This document shows positions 24,401 through 32,442 of a DNA stretch of 51,762 nucleotides, piece by piece (the stretch's first letter is position 1; each line of letters begins with the position of its first letter). A program made the position numbers and the translations under genes. Below the pieces are notes generated by a model that made no database searches, was not told the DNA's origin, and saw only the letters and a list, made by a program, of their open reading frames with translations. The stretch is taken from NCBI GenBank assembly GCA_000739535.1, contig DF820466.1, forward strand, positions 351,071 to 402,832, in the 5' to 3' direction. The DNA is from Candidatus Vecturithrix granuli. GTDB taxonomy: Bacteria > Moduliflexota > Moduliflexia > Moduliflexales > Moduliflexaceae.

Positions 24401-24741
24401 CACCGGAACATGCCAATTATGACGATACCGGCTTAGGCGTGACAAGCGCGGTCGGCTGTTTTCCGCGCGGCGCAAGCCCCTGCGACTGTGAAGACATGAG
24501 CGGCAATGTGTGGGAGTGGTGTTTAGATAGTTGTGATTTGGATAAGAATTATAATCTTGTCACTGATACCTACACTGATGGTATTATTGATCCACTCTGT
24601 ACAACGGGCTCGGACCGCGTGCTGCGGGGCGGCTCCTGGAGCAGCGACGCCAGGGGTTGCCGGTCGGCGTTCCGCTACGGGGGCGCCCCCGGCGACCGCA
24701 GCGGCATCGTCGGGTTCCGCCTCTTGAGGACGCCTTCGTAG
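21466..24741 (+). CDS. STAND NTPase with TIR N-terminus, central NACHT domain and a C-terminal FGE-sulfatase-like domain
   Basis: TIR: YQVFLSFNSQDREAVEQIALYLADK...WFDQWELIPGEPW. NACHT: Walker A LVLLGDPGSGKSTF, Walker B MLLDGLDEV, then TSR. FGE: FIMGSDDYSDERPPHRVTL...YPVTNAQY...RLPTEAEWEKAARG...GNVWEWCLD...GGSWSS. An in-frame (SGVEG)x5 tandem repeat and a KPGFLEKPGFS segment inside it are derived from dispersed repeat families. Confidence 0.85.
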   Translation: MMTEKTYQVFLSFNSQDREAVEQIALYLADKAGLRPWFDQWELIPGEPWTRNLERGLAASATCAVFVGKSGEGPWQIREVETALRHQVENYDFRVIPVLLPDAPQKPALPMFLSGNMWVDFRKAGLEDDDALWRLECGIRGKSPGRGRPQPAEQIQEDQGEHNQITPGFDPTPLRNAYLRWLLEQSSQLSLAGIDKKAAGKGAEDHLNLSAIYTALLTLEAEHERDQKPGFLEKPGFSSEERSQRRLSAVAQLNRHARLVLLGDPGSGKSTFVNFVVLCLAGELLFPSENGQEPADGKEVYPNLKLLTAPLPDDEGNDAEEPQPWEHGALLPVRVILRDFAARGLPPAGQEAKARHLWQFIVKELQANMLGDYAPFLRQHLQSTGGLMLLDGLDEVPEADQRRPQIKQVVEDFGRCFPRCRMLVTSRTYAYQEQHWRLSHFEDVTLASFSQGQIRRFVERWYAYIGRLRGLSAENAQGRAELLKRAILNSDRLYSLAERPLLLTLMASLHAWRGGSLPEKREELYNDTVDLLLDWWESAKMATTADGSRKLVQPSLTELLNVGKDCVRTALNTLAFRAHKDQQQLQGTADLAETDLVAELMEVSQNPDLKPGRLIEHLRDRAGLLAPRGVKVYTFPHRTFQEYLAACYLTEVQDEDEQYPENAALLARQEPNRWREVALLAGAKAARGSAPTLWALADALCYQDVSDTSDLADAWGALLAGQLVAENAGLHKISPRNQAKIKRICEWLVAIVTERVPFDSAQGTGTVLPAVERALAGNILAQLGDPRPGVGCRFRSLSGVEGSGVEGSGVEGSGVEGSGVEGSMRLPNIEWCEASAGAFIMGSDDYSDERPPHRVTLSRSYALSRYPVTNAQYQTFVTDGGYTEKWQTCWSKDGWKWKEEHAKTGPGKYGGEFDLPNHPVIVVCWHEAAAFCQWLTRRLQKIGELTADQEIRLPTEAEWEKAARGADGRTYPWGNEAITPEHANYDDTGLGVTSAVGCFPRGASPCDCEDMSGNVWEWCLDSCDLDKNYNLVTDTYTDGIIDPLCTTGSDRVLRGGSWSSDARGCRSAFRYGGAPGDRSGIVGFRLLRTPS
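22146..22176. repeat. Family F terminator-like palindrome embedded in frame inside the NACHT gene
   Basis: gaaaccgggttttttggaaaaacccggtttc, encoding KPGFLEKPGF. It is identical in core to the intergenic copies at 1940, 30594, 35427 and 50355. Confidence 0.7.
23857..23931. repeat. Five tandem 15-nt copies (gagcggagtcgaagg) inside the NACHT CDS, seeded by a 23-nt match to the internal segment of family A MITEs
   Basis: gttccctgagcggagtcgaaggga at 23849-23872 is identical to 45535-45558 inside the family A element. The array encodes SGVEGSGVEGSGVEGSGVEGSGVEG between the NACHT/helical region and the FGE domain. Confidence 0.75.
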
Positions 24742-24764
24742 CCCTTGATCCTTTTACCCTTTTA

Positions 24765-24791
24765 CCCTTTGCGCAGCAAAGGGGGTTTTTC
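24765..24791 (+). terminator. Rho-independent terminator candidate for the NACHT gene (ccctttgcgcagcaaaggggg + TTTTT)
   Basis: Seen in sequence, 24 nt after the stop codon. Confidence 0.5.
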
Positions 24792-25211
24792 CTGCGGGCG
24801 AGGCGACAGCCGCCCGCCGCTGCGCGTGCGATAGCCGCGCAGCGCGAAAAATTTTTTTAAGGCCCGGGGAAGAGATTGGTCTGGGAATTCAGCCCCAGGA
24901 ACGCCGGACTATGTTTGGGAAATGACAGGAGAGTTGGAGAACTCCAGGGACAAGAGATAAGAAGAGGATGAGATTGAAGGCACTTTGGCATGGGGGAGAA
25001 CTACAAGAATGGCATGTAAGCAAGAATCAGGGCGCGGCCGGTACAACGAATTAAAGAATAAAACGAATTTCCCCATCTCATTCGTTGATTTCTTTAATTC
25101 GTTGTAGTGGTTCGACTGCTGATATGATAAAGAATTGCCGGTTGACAAAAATCAAGAACAGATATATCATAAACTGTAAACAGATAACATCATGAAACAG
25201 AGGAAGACGGT

Positions 25212-25469
25212 ATGGCAAACATGGCAGAACAGCAATTATTGACTCGCATTGTTGTGAATCCCAAAATGATGGTCGGTAAGCCTGTCATTAAAGGCACGCG
25301 CCTGACCATTGAATACATTCTCGGATTATTTGCCCACGGCGCGACAGCCGCAGAGATTTTAGAGGAATATGAAGGTTTAACCTATGAAGATTTGCAAGCG
25401 TGTTTCCTCTTTGCCTCAAAATCTCTGGAAAGTACGCTGTTTATGCCTTTGGCAATGGAGGCCGCATAA
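25212..25469 (+). CDS. DUF433 domain protein (antitoxin-like partner of DUF5615)
   Basis: MVGKPVIKGTRLTIEYILGLFAHGATAAEILEEYEGLTYEDLQACFLFA matches the DUF433 core. Confidence 0.65.
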   Translation: MANMAEQQLLTRIVVNPKMMVGKPVIKGTRLTIEYILGLFAHGATAAEILEEYEGLTYEDLQACFLFASKSLESTLFMPLAMEAA

Positions 25470-25819
25470 ATGCGCTTTCTTGTCGATGAGTGACTGGCCC
25501 GGCTGTCGCTCGATGGCTGCGAACACAGGAGCATGACGTGTTCTCCGTATATGATGACGCTCGCGGGTTAGACGATAATGAGATTATCCAAAAAGCCTTT
25601 GCAGAAAATCGTATTCTTATTACGAATGATAAAGATTTCGGAGAAAAAATTTTCCGTGAGAACTATCCCCACAAAGGCGTAATTCTATTACGGCTTGAAG
25701 ATGAGCGTTTCAGAAATAAAATAGCCGTTCTTCGGAGTTTTTTCCATACATATCCAGATATTTCTCTGACAGAACGGTTTGTTGTGATTACAGAAACAAA
25801 AATTCGTTTTGTTGGATAA
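25470..25819 (+). pseudogene. DUF5615 (PIN-like) gene with an apparent frameshift after codon 7
   Basis: The ATG at 25470 gives MRFLVDE, then a stop. The remaining ~100 codons continue in another frame from 25490 (ARWLRTQEHDVFSV...ILITNDKDF...), which is the typical DUF5615 body. This is either a true frameshift or a sequencing indel. Confidence 0.5.
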
Positions 25820-25913
25820 CGGTTGACATCAAGATATTGTTGGCAAAATGATCGTATTCATCACACTCGCCTCTTTGGGTTAATTCTTCCGAACAGCCTG
25901 GAACTAGTACATA

Positions 25914-26168
25914 CTTTCGGATATAAGTACACAATGAAATAAATCTGGTAGCCCCGCCCTACGTGGCGGGAATGACTTTCGGATATAAGTACACAATGAA
26001 ATAAATCTGGTAGCCCCGCCCTACGTGGCGGGAATGACGCCGATAAACCCGCCACGTAGGGCGGGACTACCAATAAACTACCAATAAACCCGCCACGTAG
26101 GGCGGGACTACCAATAAACCCGCCACGTAGGGCGGGACTACCAATGTGTATTTATTTCCGAAACGCTG
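25914..26168. repeat. Composite family D array: a duplicated 62-nt left unit and three tandem ~30-nt right units (CCCGCCACGTAGGGCGGGACTACCAATAAA), bounded by the inverted flanks ctttcggatataagtacaca / tgtgtatttatttccgaaacg
   Basis: Seen in sequence. Confidence 0.7.
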
Positions 26169-26170
26169 TA

Positions 26171-26944
26171 CTAGTCTCTTCGAGATTGTTCGTAGGCGTC
26201 GCCCTGGACAATCATCGAGAGCACATCCTGTTCGTGCGTGTTTTTAATCACGCGCTCGCCCACGCGGCGGCCGCGTTTGAGCACCATCACGCGGTCGCCG
26301 ACCGCAAAAATATCTTGCAGACGATGGCTGATAATAATCATGGCAACGTCATGCGTATTTTTCAATTCCAGCATCAGATCCAGCACTTGCTGCGTGGCTG
26401 TCACGGAAAGATTGGCGGTGGGCTCGTCCAAAATAATCACTTTCGGATCAAAGGAAATCACGCGGCCGATGGCGACCGATTGCTGCCGTCCGCCGGAAAG
26501 CCCTTCAACCTTGAGCTTGACGGAACTGGCGTCAACTTTCAATTTCTGCAGAATCCGCCAGCTTTCGGCATCCATGGTTTTGACATCCACGAACCATTTC
26601 CTCAGCCAGCCCTTTTTGGTGGGCCATTTCCCTAAATAAATATTAGTAGCAATATCCAAATTCCCGCACAGGGCAAAATCTTGATAGACCATTTCGATGC
26701 CAAGTTCTCTGGATTCGCGGGGATTTGTGATGCGCACAGGGCTGCCTTCAAAAAAGATTTCGCCTTCGTCAGCATTATAGGCCCCGGTCAGAATCTTCAT
26801 TAAGGTTGATTTTCCGGCGGAATTGTCGCCCACCAATCCGAGAATTTCGTTTTTATGCAAGGTCAAATTCACGTCAATCAGCGCCCGAACCGCTCCAAAA
26901 GATTTTGAGATATTTTTCATCTCAACCACAGGTGTTTTCTCCAT
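26171..26944 (-). CDS. ABC transporter ATP-binding protein (single ABC domain, sugar-transporter-like)
   Basis: Walker A is GDNSAGKST, the signature is LSGGRQQS, and Walker B is IILDEPTANL. It is 257 aa, which is a single cassette. Confidence 0.85.
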   Translation of the reverse strand: MEKTPVVEMKNISKSFGAVRALIDVNLTLHKNEILGLVGDNSAGKSTLMKILTGAYNADEGEIFFEGSPVRITNPRESRELGIEMVYQDFALCGNLDIATNIYLGKWPTKKGWLRKWFVDVKTMDAESWRILQKLKVDASSVKLKVEGLSGGRQQSVAIGRVISFDPKVIILDEPTANLSVTATQQVLDLMLELKNTHDVAMIIISHRLQDIFAVGDRVMVLKRGRRVGERVIKNTHEQDVLSMIVQGDAYEQSRRD

Positions 26945-27031
26945 ATTCGTCTATAACTACAAGAATTGATATATAAGCAAGAATACTCCTCGGAGCGATT
27001 CTTGCTTATATATCAATTCTTGTAGTTTTCT

Positions 27032-29176
27032 TTATGTCCTGATTTTGCTCCATGTCCGTTGGATGATCTTTTCGTTACGGATCCAGATATCAAACAGCAC
27101 GGCTCCCAGGATCACAGAGCCGATCACAATTTGCAGCCAGCGCTGCGGAATGGAACGGATCTGGCCTTCGACCAGAATGCCGGTGCTGATAATGCTATTC
27201 AAATAGCCGAGCACAAACGCGCCGATAATCGAGCCGGCGATTGAACCGCGCCCTCCGAGCAATGAAGTGCCGCCGACAATCACCGCAGCAATCACATTTA
27301 ACTCCTGTCCAAGCCCTAATTGAGGCGCAAAAGATTTAATCTTTGTGACGCTGATCATACCAACAATTGCCGCTAAGGTGCTGCACAGTATAAACGCCCG
27401 CAGGCGAACCCAATCGGTGTTAATTCCGGCCAGTAAAGCCGCCCTGGCATTGCCTCCGGTTGAATAGACTTGATAGCCGTACTTTCCTCGCCACAAAACG
27501 AGTCCGCCAATGATGACGGCAACCAGGAAAATAAAGACCTGGTTCGGCAGACCGAATAAGGCTCGGTTGTCGCTGCCAATCAAAAAAAACGAGGTTTTCG
27601 GAAACTGCGTGAGCTGCCATCCTCCGGCAATGGTTGCCGATATTCCCCGGCAGAAGTGCAGCATGCCCAGGGTGGCGATAAACGCCGGCAGGCGGCCCTT
27701 TGTCACTAAGAGACCATTGATTGTGCCAATCAATACCCCCACGCAGACCGTCAAAAGAGCGGCGATCCACCCATTCCATCCATGCCCTTTCACTAGCACA
27801 GACCACATCGCTGCTCCCAGAGACAGAACCGAACCGACCGAGAGATCAATATCTTTATTGATGATGACCATCGTCATCCCCACCGTGATCAGCCCGATTT
27901 CGACGATCTGGTCGCGCAGCACATTGAAAAAATTATCGAAAGACAAAAAATAATCCGGACGAAAAGAATGTCCCACGAGGATCAAAATGACGAGCAGCAA
28001 AATGCCGCCGCTTTCCCGATATTCAAGCAGGCTCTCAGCAAATTTTCCGACGGCGGTTTTCGGCGGAGCTAAGTTGACGACGTATCCGCTGGTTCCCAGG
28101 GTTTCACTCGCCGCCATTTTTGAGGGACGCGCCGGAAGATGTTTCCCTTGAAGTTTGGCCCAGAGCCTTTTGAGAATTTCTTCTTCCCGCACCCAGATAT
28201 CGAGCAGCACCGCAATCAGAATGGCGATTCCGATAAAGATCGGGTTGGCCGTTTGCAGTAAACGCCAGGGACGGTCGCCGCCAAGCCAGATGCCAATCGT
28301 AAGAATTTTCCGGATGGATACAAGAATTCCGGCCCCGATAATCGTTCCGATGACCGACCCGCGTCCGCCGAAAATGCTTGTGCCTCCCACCACCACAGCG
28401 GCAATCACATCGAGTTCAAAAGAATTCCCGGTGGTCGGAGAAAAATTTTTCATGAAGGTGATATTTAACAATCCTGCTAAGGAGGCGCAGAAGCTCGCGA
28501 TCATAAAGGCCCGCAGGCGCACCTGATCGGTATTGATCCCGGCGAATTGCGCGGCTTGCACATTACCGCCGGTCGAATAGACCTGGTAGCCAAACACGGT
28601 TTTGCGTAACACAATTGATCCGATCACGACCACCGCAAGCAACACGAGCACCTGATTATTTAACCCGCCTAACGCCTGATTGTGCGCGCCAAACAGAAAA
28701 AATGACGAAGGCGGCAGAGGCGCGATTTGATACCCGCCGGAGATGGCTAGCGTCAGGCCGCGCGCAAGAAATAACATGCCTAAGGTGGCAATAAAAGCCG
28801 GGAGTTTGCCTTTTGTCGCAAGCAATCCGTTAATATAGCCGATGACCGTCCCCACGATCAGGACGAGCACCGCCACAAGCCAGGCATTCCAATGATAGAA
28901 ATTGGTCATCACCGCAAAATTGGCCGTGGCTAACCCCATCACGGAACCAACTGAAAGATCAATATCGGCGTTGATAATGATGAAGGTCATGCCGACAGCA
29001 ATGATCCCCAATTGCGACATCTCCTGGAACAGACTCAGGAAATTTCGTTTGGACGGAAAGAAATCAGGCCGCAAAATTGAGCCGAGAATCCAGAGCAGGA
29101 TCAAAGCCGCAAAAACTGAAAGTTCCCTGTGTTGGAGAATTCGTGCAAATATCGAAAGTTTCTGGCGTTCGTTCAT
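27032..29176 (-). CDS. Fused double ABC permease (two BPD_transp_2-type domains in one 714-aa polypeptide)
   Basis: Two homologous halves are each about 330 aa, and both carry the conserved segments (DLSVGSVMGLA..., GGTSIFGGRGS.. / GGTSLLGGRGS..). Confidence 0.8.
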   Translation of the reverse strand: MNERQKLSIFARILQHRELSVFAALILLWILGSILRPDFFPSKRNFLSLFQEMSQLGIIAVGMTFIIINADIDLSVGSVMGLATANFAVMTNFYHWNAWLVAVLVLIVGTVIGYINGLLATKGKLPAFIATLGMLFLARGLTLAISGGYQIAPLPPSSFFLFGAHNQALGGLNNQVLVLLAVVVIGSIVLRKTVFGYQVYSTGGNVQAAQFAGINTDQVRLRAFMIASFCASLAGLLNITFMKNFSPTTGNSFELDVIAAVVVGGTSIFGGRGSVIGTIIGAGILVSIRKILTIGIWLGGDRPWRLLQTANPIFIGIAILIAVLLDIWVREEEILKRLWAKLQGKHLPARPSKMAASETLGTSGYVVNLAPPKTAVGKFAESLLEYRESGGILLLVILILVGHSFRPDYFLSFDNFFNVLRDQIVEIGLITVGMTMVIINKDIDLSVGSVLSLGAAMWSVLVKGHGWNGWIAALLTVCVGVLIGTINGLLVTKGRLPAFIATLGMLHFCRGISATIAGGWQLTQFPKTSFFLIGSDNRALFGLPNQVFIFLVAVIIGGLVLWRGKYGYQVYSTGGNARAALLAGINTDWVRLRAFILCSTLAAIVGMISVTKIKSFAPQLGLGQELNVIAAVIVGGTSLLGGRGSIAGSIIGAFVLGYLNSIISTGILVEGQIRSIPQRWLQIVIGSVILGAVLFDIWIRNEKIIQRTWSKIRT

Positions 29177-29295
29177 TGCAGCGATCTTGGGGATCCGGAA
29201 AACACAGAAACACCGGGTTCATGCGTTCCAGGATCAAGATTGGGGCTGACGCCTGAAAGAGCTTGCCGTTCTTCCAGGCGTCAGAAGCTCAGGCG

Positions 29296-30396
29296 TTAGT
29301 TGGTGAAACGTGTTTTCACAATTTCCTGGAAGCGCGCCAGATTTTCCTGGGTCACAACTTCAGCCAGAGTATCCAGGTTGCCAGCCGACACGCCGCGATC
29401 AATTTGGAGAATCAATTGTGCAACAGGCCAGAACCCTTGCAGATATGGCTGTTGGCCTAAAGCACCATCCAGATCGCCGGTTGAGATCAGATCTAATTGG
29501 GCAGGGCCAAGATCAAACCCGTATGAACAAATTTGATCTTTCGTAGCCGTGGACCGAACCGCATTGCCAACCGCAGGAGTAATCGCGCCATTCGGGCCAA
29601 ACAGGCCAACAATGTCCGGAGTTGACTCAATCAGATTAATAATATCCTGCGTCGCATCGGCGGTTGTCGGGCGGACATCAACGCCGATTCCCTGGCCGTC
29701 ATCAACGGTAATTCCCGTCACACCGGCTTTTTCCAATCCTTCGCGGATCGCTTTCGCGGCATATTGTACGCGTTCATTCACTTCAACATTGCCGAGCGTG
29801 GTCGAATTGGGCATGATCACCACGCCTTTGTCAACGCCTTTGTCTAACAAGCATTTGACAATCCCTTCCCCACCGATGGCAGCCGCTGAAGAGGATTGAC
29901 CGGTGTGAGAAATCTGGCTGCGGAAAGGAATGGTCGGATCAAATGAGTTAAAGGTTGCGACCGGAATGCCAAGTTCAAAGGCTTTGTTAATAATATCCTC
30001 ATAAGCCCCAACCTGCGGGGTTGTGATCGCGAGCGCATCCAGTTTGGGATCCGTCAGCACTTGATTGATAATCGCAATGGTCGCCGGAATATTATCAGCC
30101 GCATCAGGAGGTCCGAGACGAAGGATATTCACTGGCAGTCCCATCGCCGTAAAGGCCTGAGCTGCGGTGGTCGCCCCAACGTAACAGGGATTAAAAAACC
30201 CATTCCCGGCAGTATGGGTGACATACGCAATCGTTAATACTCCGTCGTTGGTATGAAAATCTTTGCTCGCAGGGTTAATTTTTCCAGCTTCATCAAAATT
30301 GACTCCTCCGGGCCCGGCTGAAATTTGCGCACTTACCGGCGCCGCCATAAGCAGCACAAGTCCAATCAAACAAGCATAACTCAACATTTTACGCAT
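29296..30396 (-). CDS. Sugar ABC transporter periplasmic substrate-binding protein (Peripla_BP_4/RbsB-like)
   Basis: It has a signal peptide (MRKMLSYACLIGLVLLMAAPVSAQ) and lies in an operon with the permease and ATPase. The start was trimmed to the ATG at 30396. Confidence 0.75.
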   Translation of the reverse strand: MRKMLSYACLIGLVLLMAAPVSAQISAGPGGVNFDEAGKINPASKDFHTNDGVLTIAYVTHTAGNGFFNPCYVGATTAAQAFTAMGLPVNILRLGPPDAADNIPATIAIINQVLTDPKLDALAITTPQVGAYEDIINKAFELGIPVATFNSFDPTIPFRSQISHTGQSSSAAAIGGEGIVKCLLDKGVDKGVVIMPNSTTLGNVEVNERVQYAAKAIREGLEKAGVTGITVDDGQGIGVDVRPTTADATQDIINLIESTPDIVGLFGPNGAITPAVGNAVRSTATKDQICSYGFDLGPAQLDLISTGDLDGALGQQPYLQGFWPVAQLILQIDRGVSAGNLDTLAEVVTQENLARFQEIVKTRFTN

Positions 30397-30637
30397 AACA
30401 AACCCTCCTTGAAGATGTGAGTGAAAATTAGATGAACACAATTACGACCAATGGGCATCCATACTCATTTTCTGGATGCACTTCTCTGGCGAAGGGTAGA
30501 AATGCCCTTTACCAAACAACTTCCGTGTATATTCAATCCGACAGCTTTGTCAAGTGAAAAAATCCTTTCTTCTATGGATATTTGATAGCACCTAAAAACC
30601 GGGTTTCTTCAAGAAACCCGGTTTTTCTATCAGATTA

Positions 30638-32038
30638 TTAATGTAAATACACATCCCATTTCAGATATTTGTCAAAGGCCTCGTGTAGTGCATTGGCCTG
30701 ATTGCCTTGCGTGATGCTGACGTGATGTTCATAGCCATGATAACAGATGTAGCGGAGCAGGGCTTGCAATTCCGGCACTTCTAAGACGCCGATTGCACCA
30801 AAGGAACCGGGCGGATTGGAGACAATTTTCCCCTGTCCCACGATTGATTCGATTTTCCCAACTTCATCATTCGTGTGAATCCGACAGAATGTGATATCAC
30901 TTTTCACAAGCCTGCCATAGATCGTGGCAAAGGAATTGTCCAGACCCTCGCCTTTTACGGCCATGGCGTTATATGTGACTTTTGGGTCTTCCAGCAGACC
31001 AGCCGGACTGTTACTGCAATGAAACAGCACCAACTGATTAGGATCAGGCATCCAGTTATTATTCCAATCGAAAATGCCTGCCGGGCCGCCGCTGGCGAAT
31101 TGCAGGGCGAGCATACTGAGCGCGCCGACGGCGTCTGTTTCACAGGCGCCGGGAATAAGATGCTGGCTTAAATAGCTCATCAGCGTGCAGGGGAAAATGC
31201 CAAACATCTTTTGAAGGGCAGGCCAGCATTGAAACGCAAAGGCGTGCAGCATATTTTCTCGCATCCAGAGTTCAAGCGCGGCGCCGATTTTGGCCAGATT
31301 TTCCAGGGTATGTTGCGGAAGCGGATCACGATTTGGTACATAGGCATCCAATTTTTGTGCCCAGTTAGTAACAGCCTTTTTGTCAATATGGGTAATAATC
31401 TGTTCTAATTCGGATAGATCAAGGGTTTCAACGGAGATCGAATTGGCCTCAAGGATCTTTTCGCTGAATCGCACGGTTTTAAACGGCGCGACTCGCGCCC
31501 CGATCAGGCCGATCCGTACATGTCGCAAGCCTTTGACTACCCGGCAGATTTTGAGAAACTGTTCCAAATCTCGGGTAAACTCATCTTCTTCAGGTAAGGT
31601 GGTAAACATTTGCCCGATCGTGAACGGAATTTTGTATTGTTTCAAAACATTTGAGATCGAAATTTTTCCGCAAAAACTATCGCGTCTGTGCGCCAGATCG
31701 AATTGATCCGGTTTGTCCGAAAACGCCTGAATAAAGACAGGGACGTTCAAGCCGGACATTTTGATGGCTTCCGCGACCGACCGCTCATCGCCAAAGTTTG
31801 GCAGGCTCACCAGAATCCCATCAAGCTCATCCCGATGAGTGCGGAACAGATCGGCGCAGGCCTTCGCCTGCTGAAGATTTGAGACAATGCCGGGACCAAC
31901 TTCATTTTTTTCCAACAGCACATACTCGACCTGACAACGCTGCAACGCCTGGATAATCTCTGTCCTCCCGGCAATTGCTAATTCTTCACTGAAGACATCG
32001 CGGTGGGCGATGATCACTCCTAATTTGATCTTCTGCAT
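30638..32038 (-). CDS. L-fucose/L-arabinose isomerase family protein (COG2407-like), paralog 1
   Basis: It is about 467 aa. LPNFGDE...VPVF...RRDSFCGKISI and a central (G/A)IGAR motif are shared with the paralog at 33763. RBS GGAGAAATGT before the ATG at 32038. Confidence 0.55.
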   Translation of the reverse strand: MQKIKLGVIIAHRDVFSEELAIAGRTEIIQALQRCQVEYVLLEKNEVGPGIVSNLQQAKACADLFRTHRDELDGILVSLPNFGDERSVAEAIKMSGLNVPVFIQAFSDKPDQFDLAHRRDSFCGKISISNVLKQYKIPFTIGQMFTTLPEEDEFTRDLEQFLKICRVVKGLRHVRIGLIGARVAPFKTVRFSEKILEANSISVETLDLSELEQIITHIDKKAVTNWAQKLDAYVPNRDPLPQHTLENLAKIGAALELWMRENMLHAFAFQCWPALQKMFGIFPCTLMSYLSQHLIPGACETDAVGALSMLALQFASGGPAGIFDWNNNWMPDPNQLVLFHCSNSPAGLLEDPKVTYNAMAVKGEGLDNSFATIYGRLVKSDITFCRIHTNDEVGKIESIVGQGKIVSNPPGSFGAIGVLEVPELQALLRYICYHGYEHHVSITQGNQANALHEAFDKYLKWDVYLH

Positions 32039-32230
32039 ACATTTCTCCATGTCAATGAGGCGTGCAAACCTGGGTTTGCCTGATAAATCAGCATTTTGCA
32101 AACTGAAGTTTGCACTCCGGCATGTTCATCTCATGCGTGGTTGTAATTCCTGCTTTAGCAGGAGTAAACGCTTGAAACTGTTGCACGAAATTGTTAAACC
32201 TGTTATCTGCATTATTACCTTACAAATTTG

Positions 32231-32344
32231 GGTAGTGGTTCCATGGTAAGTGATGCCCGCTCGTTGAGCGAAGTCGAAACGAGCCGCTCACCGTTCCCTT
32301 CGACTTCGCTCAGGGAACGCATCACTTACCATGGAACCACTACC
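32231..32344. repeat. Family A MITE copy flanked by 8-bp direct repeats CAAATTTG
   Basis: Seen in sequence. It is adjacent to the family J palindrome at 32375-32423. Confidence 0.8.
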
Positions 32345-32442
32345 CAAATTTGTTGTGATACGTCGAGTTATCCCGGAGTGCGAAAGCTCTGCTTTCGCTG
32401 CAAAAGCAGAGCTTTTGCACTCCTGCCTTCCTGTTGTGAAGG

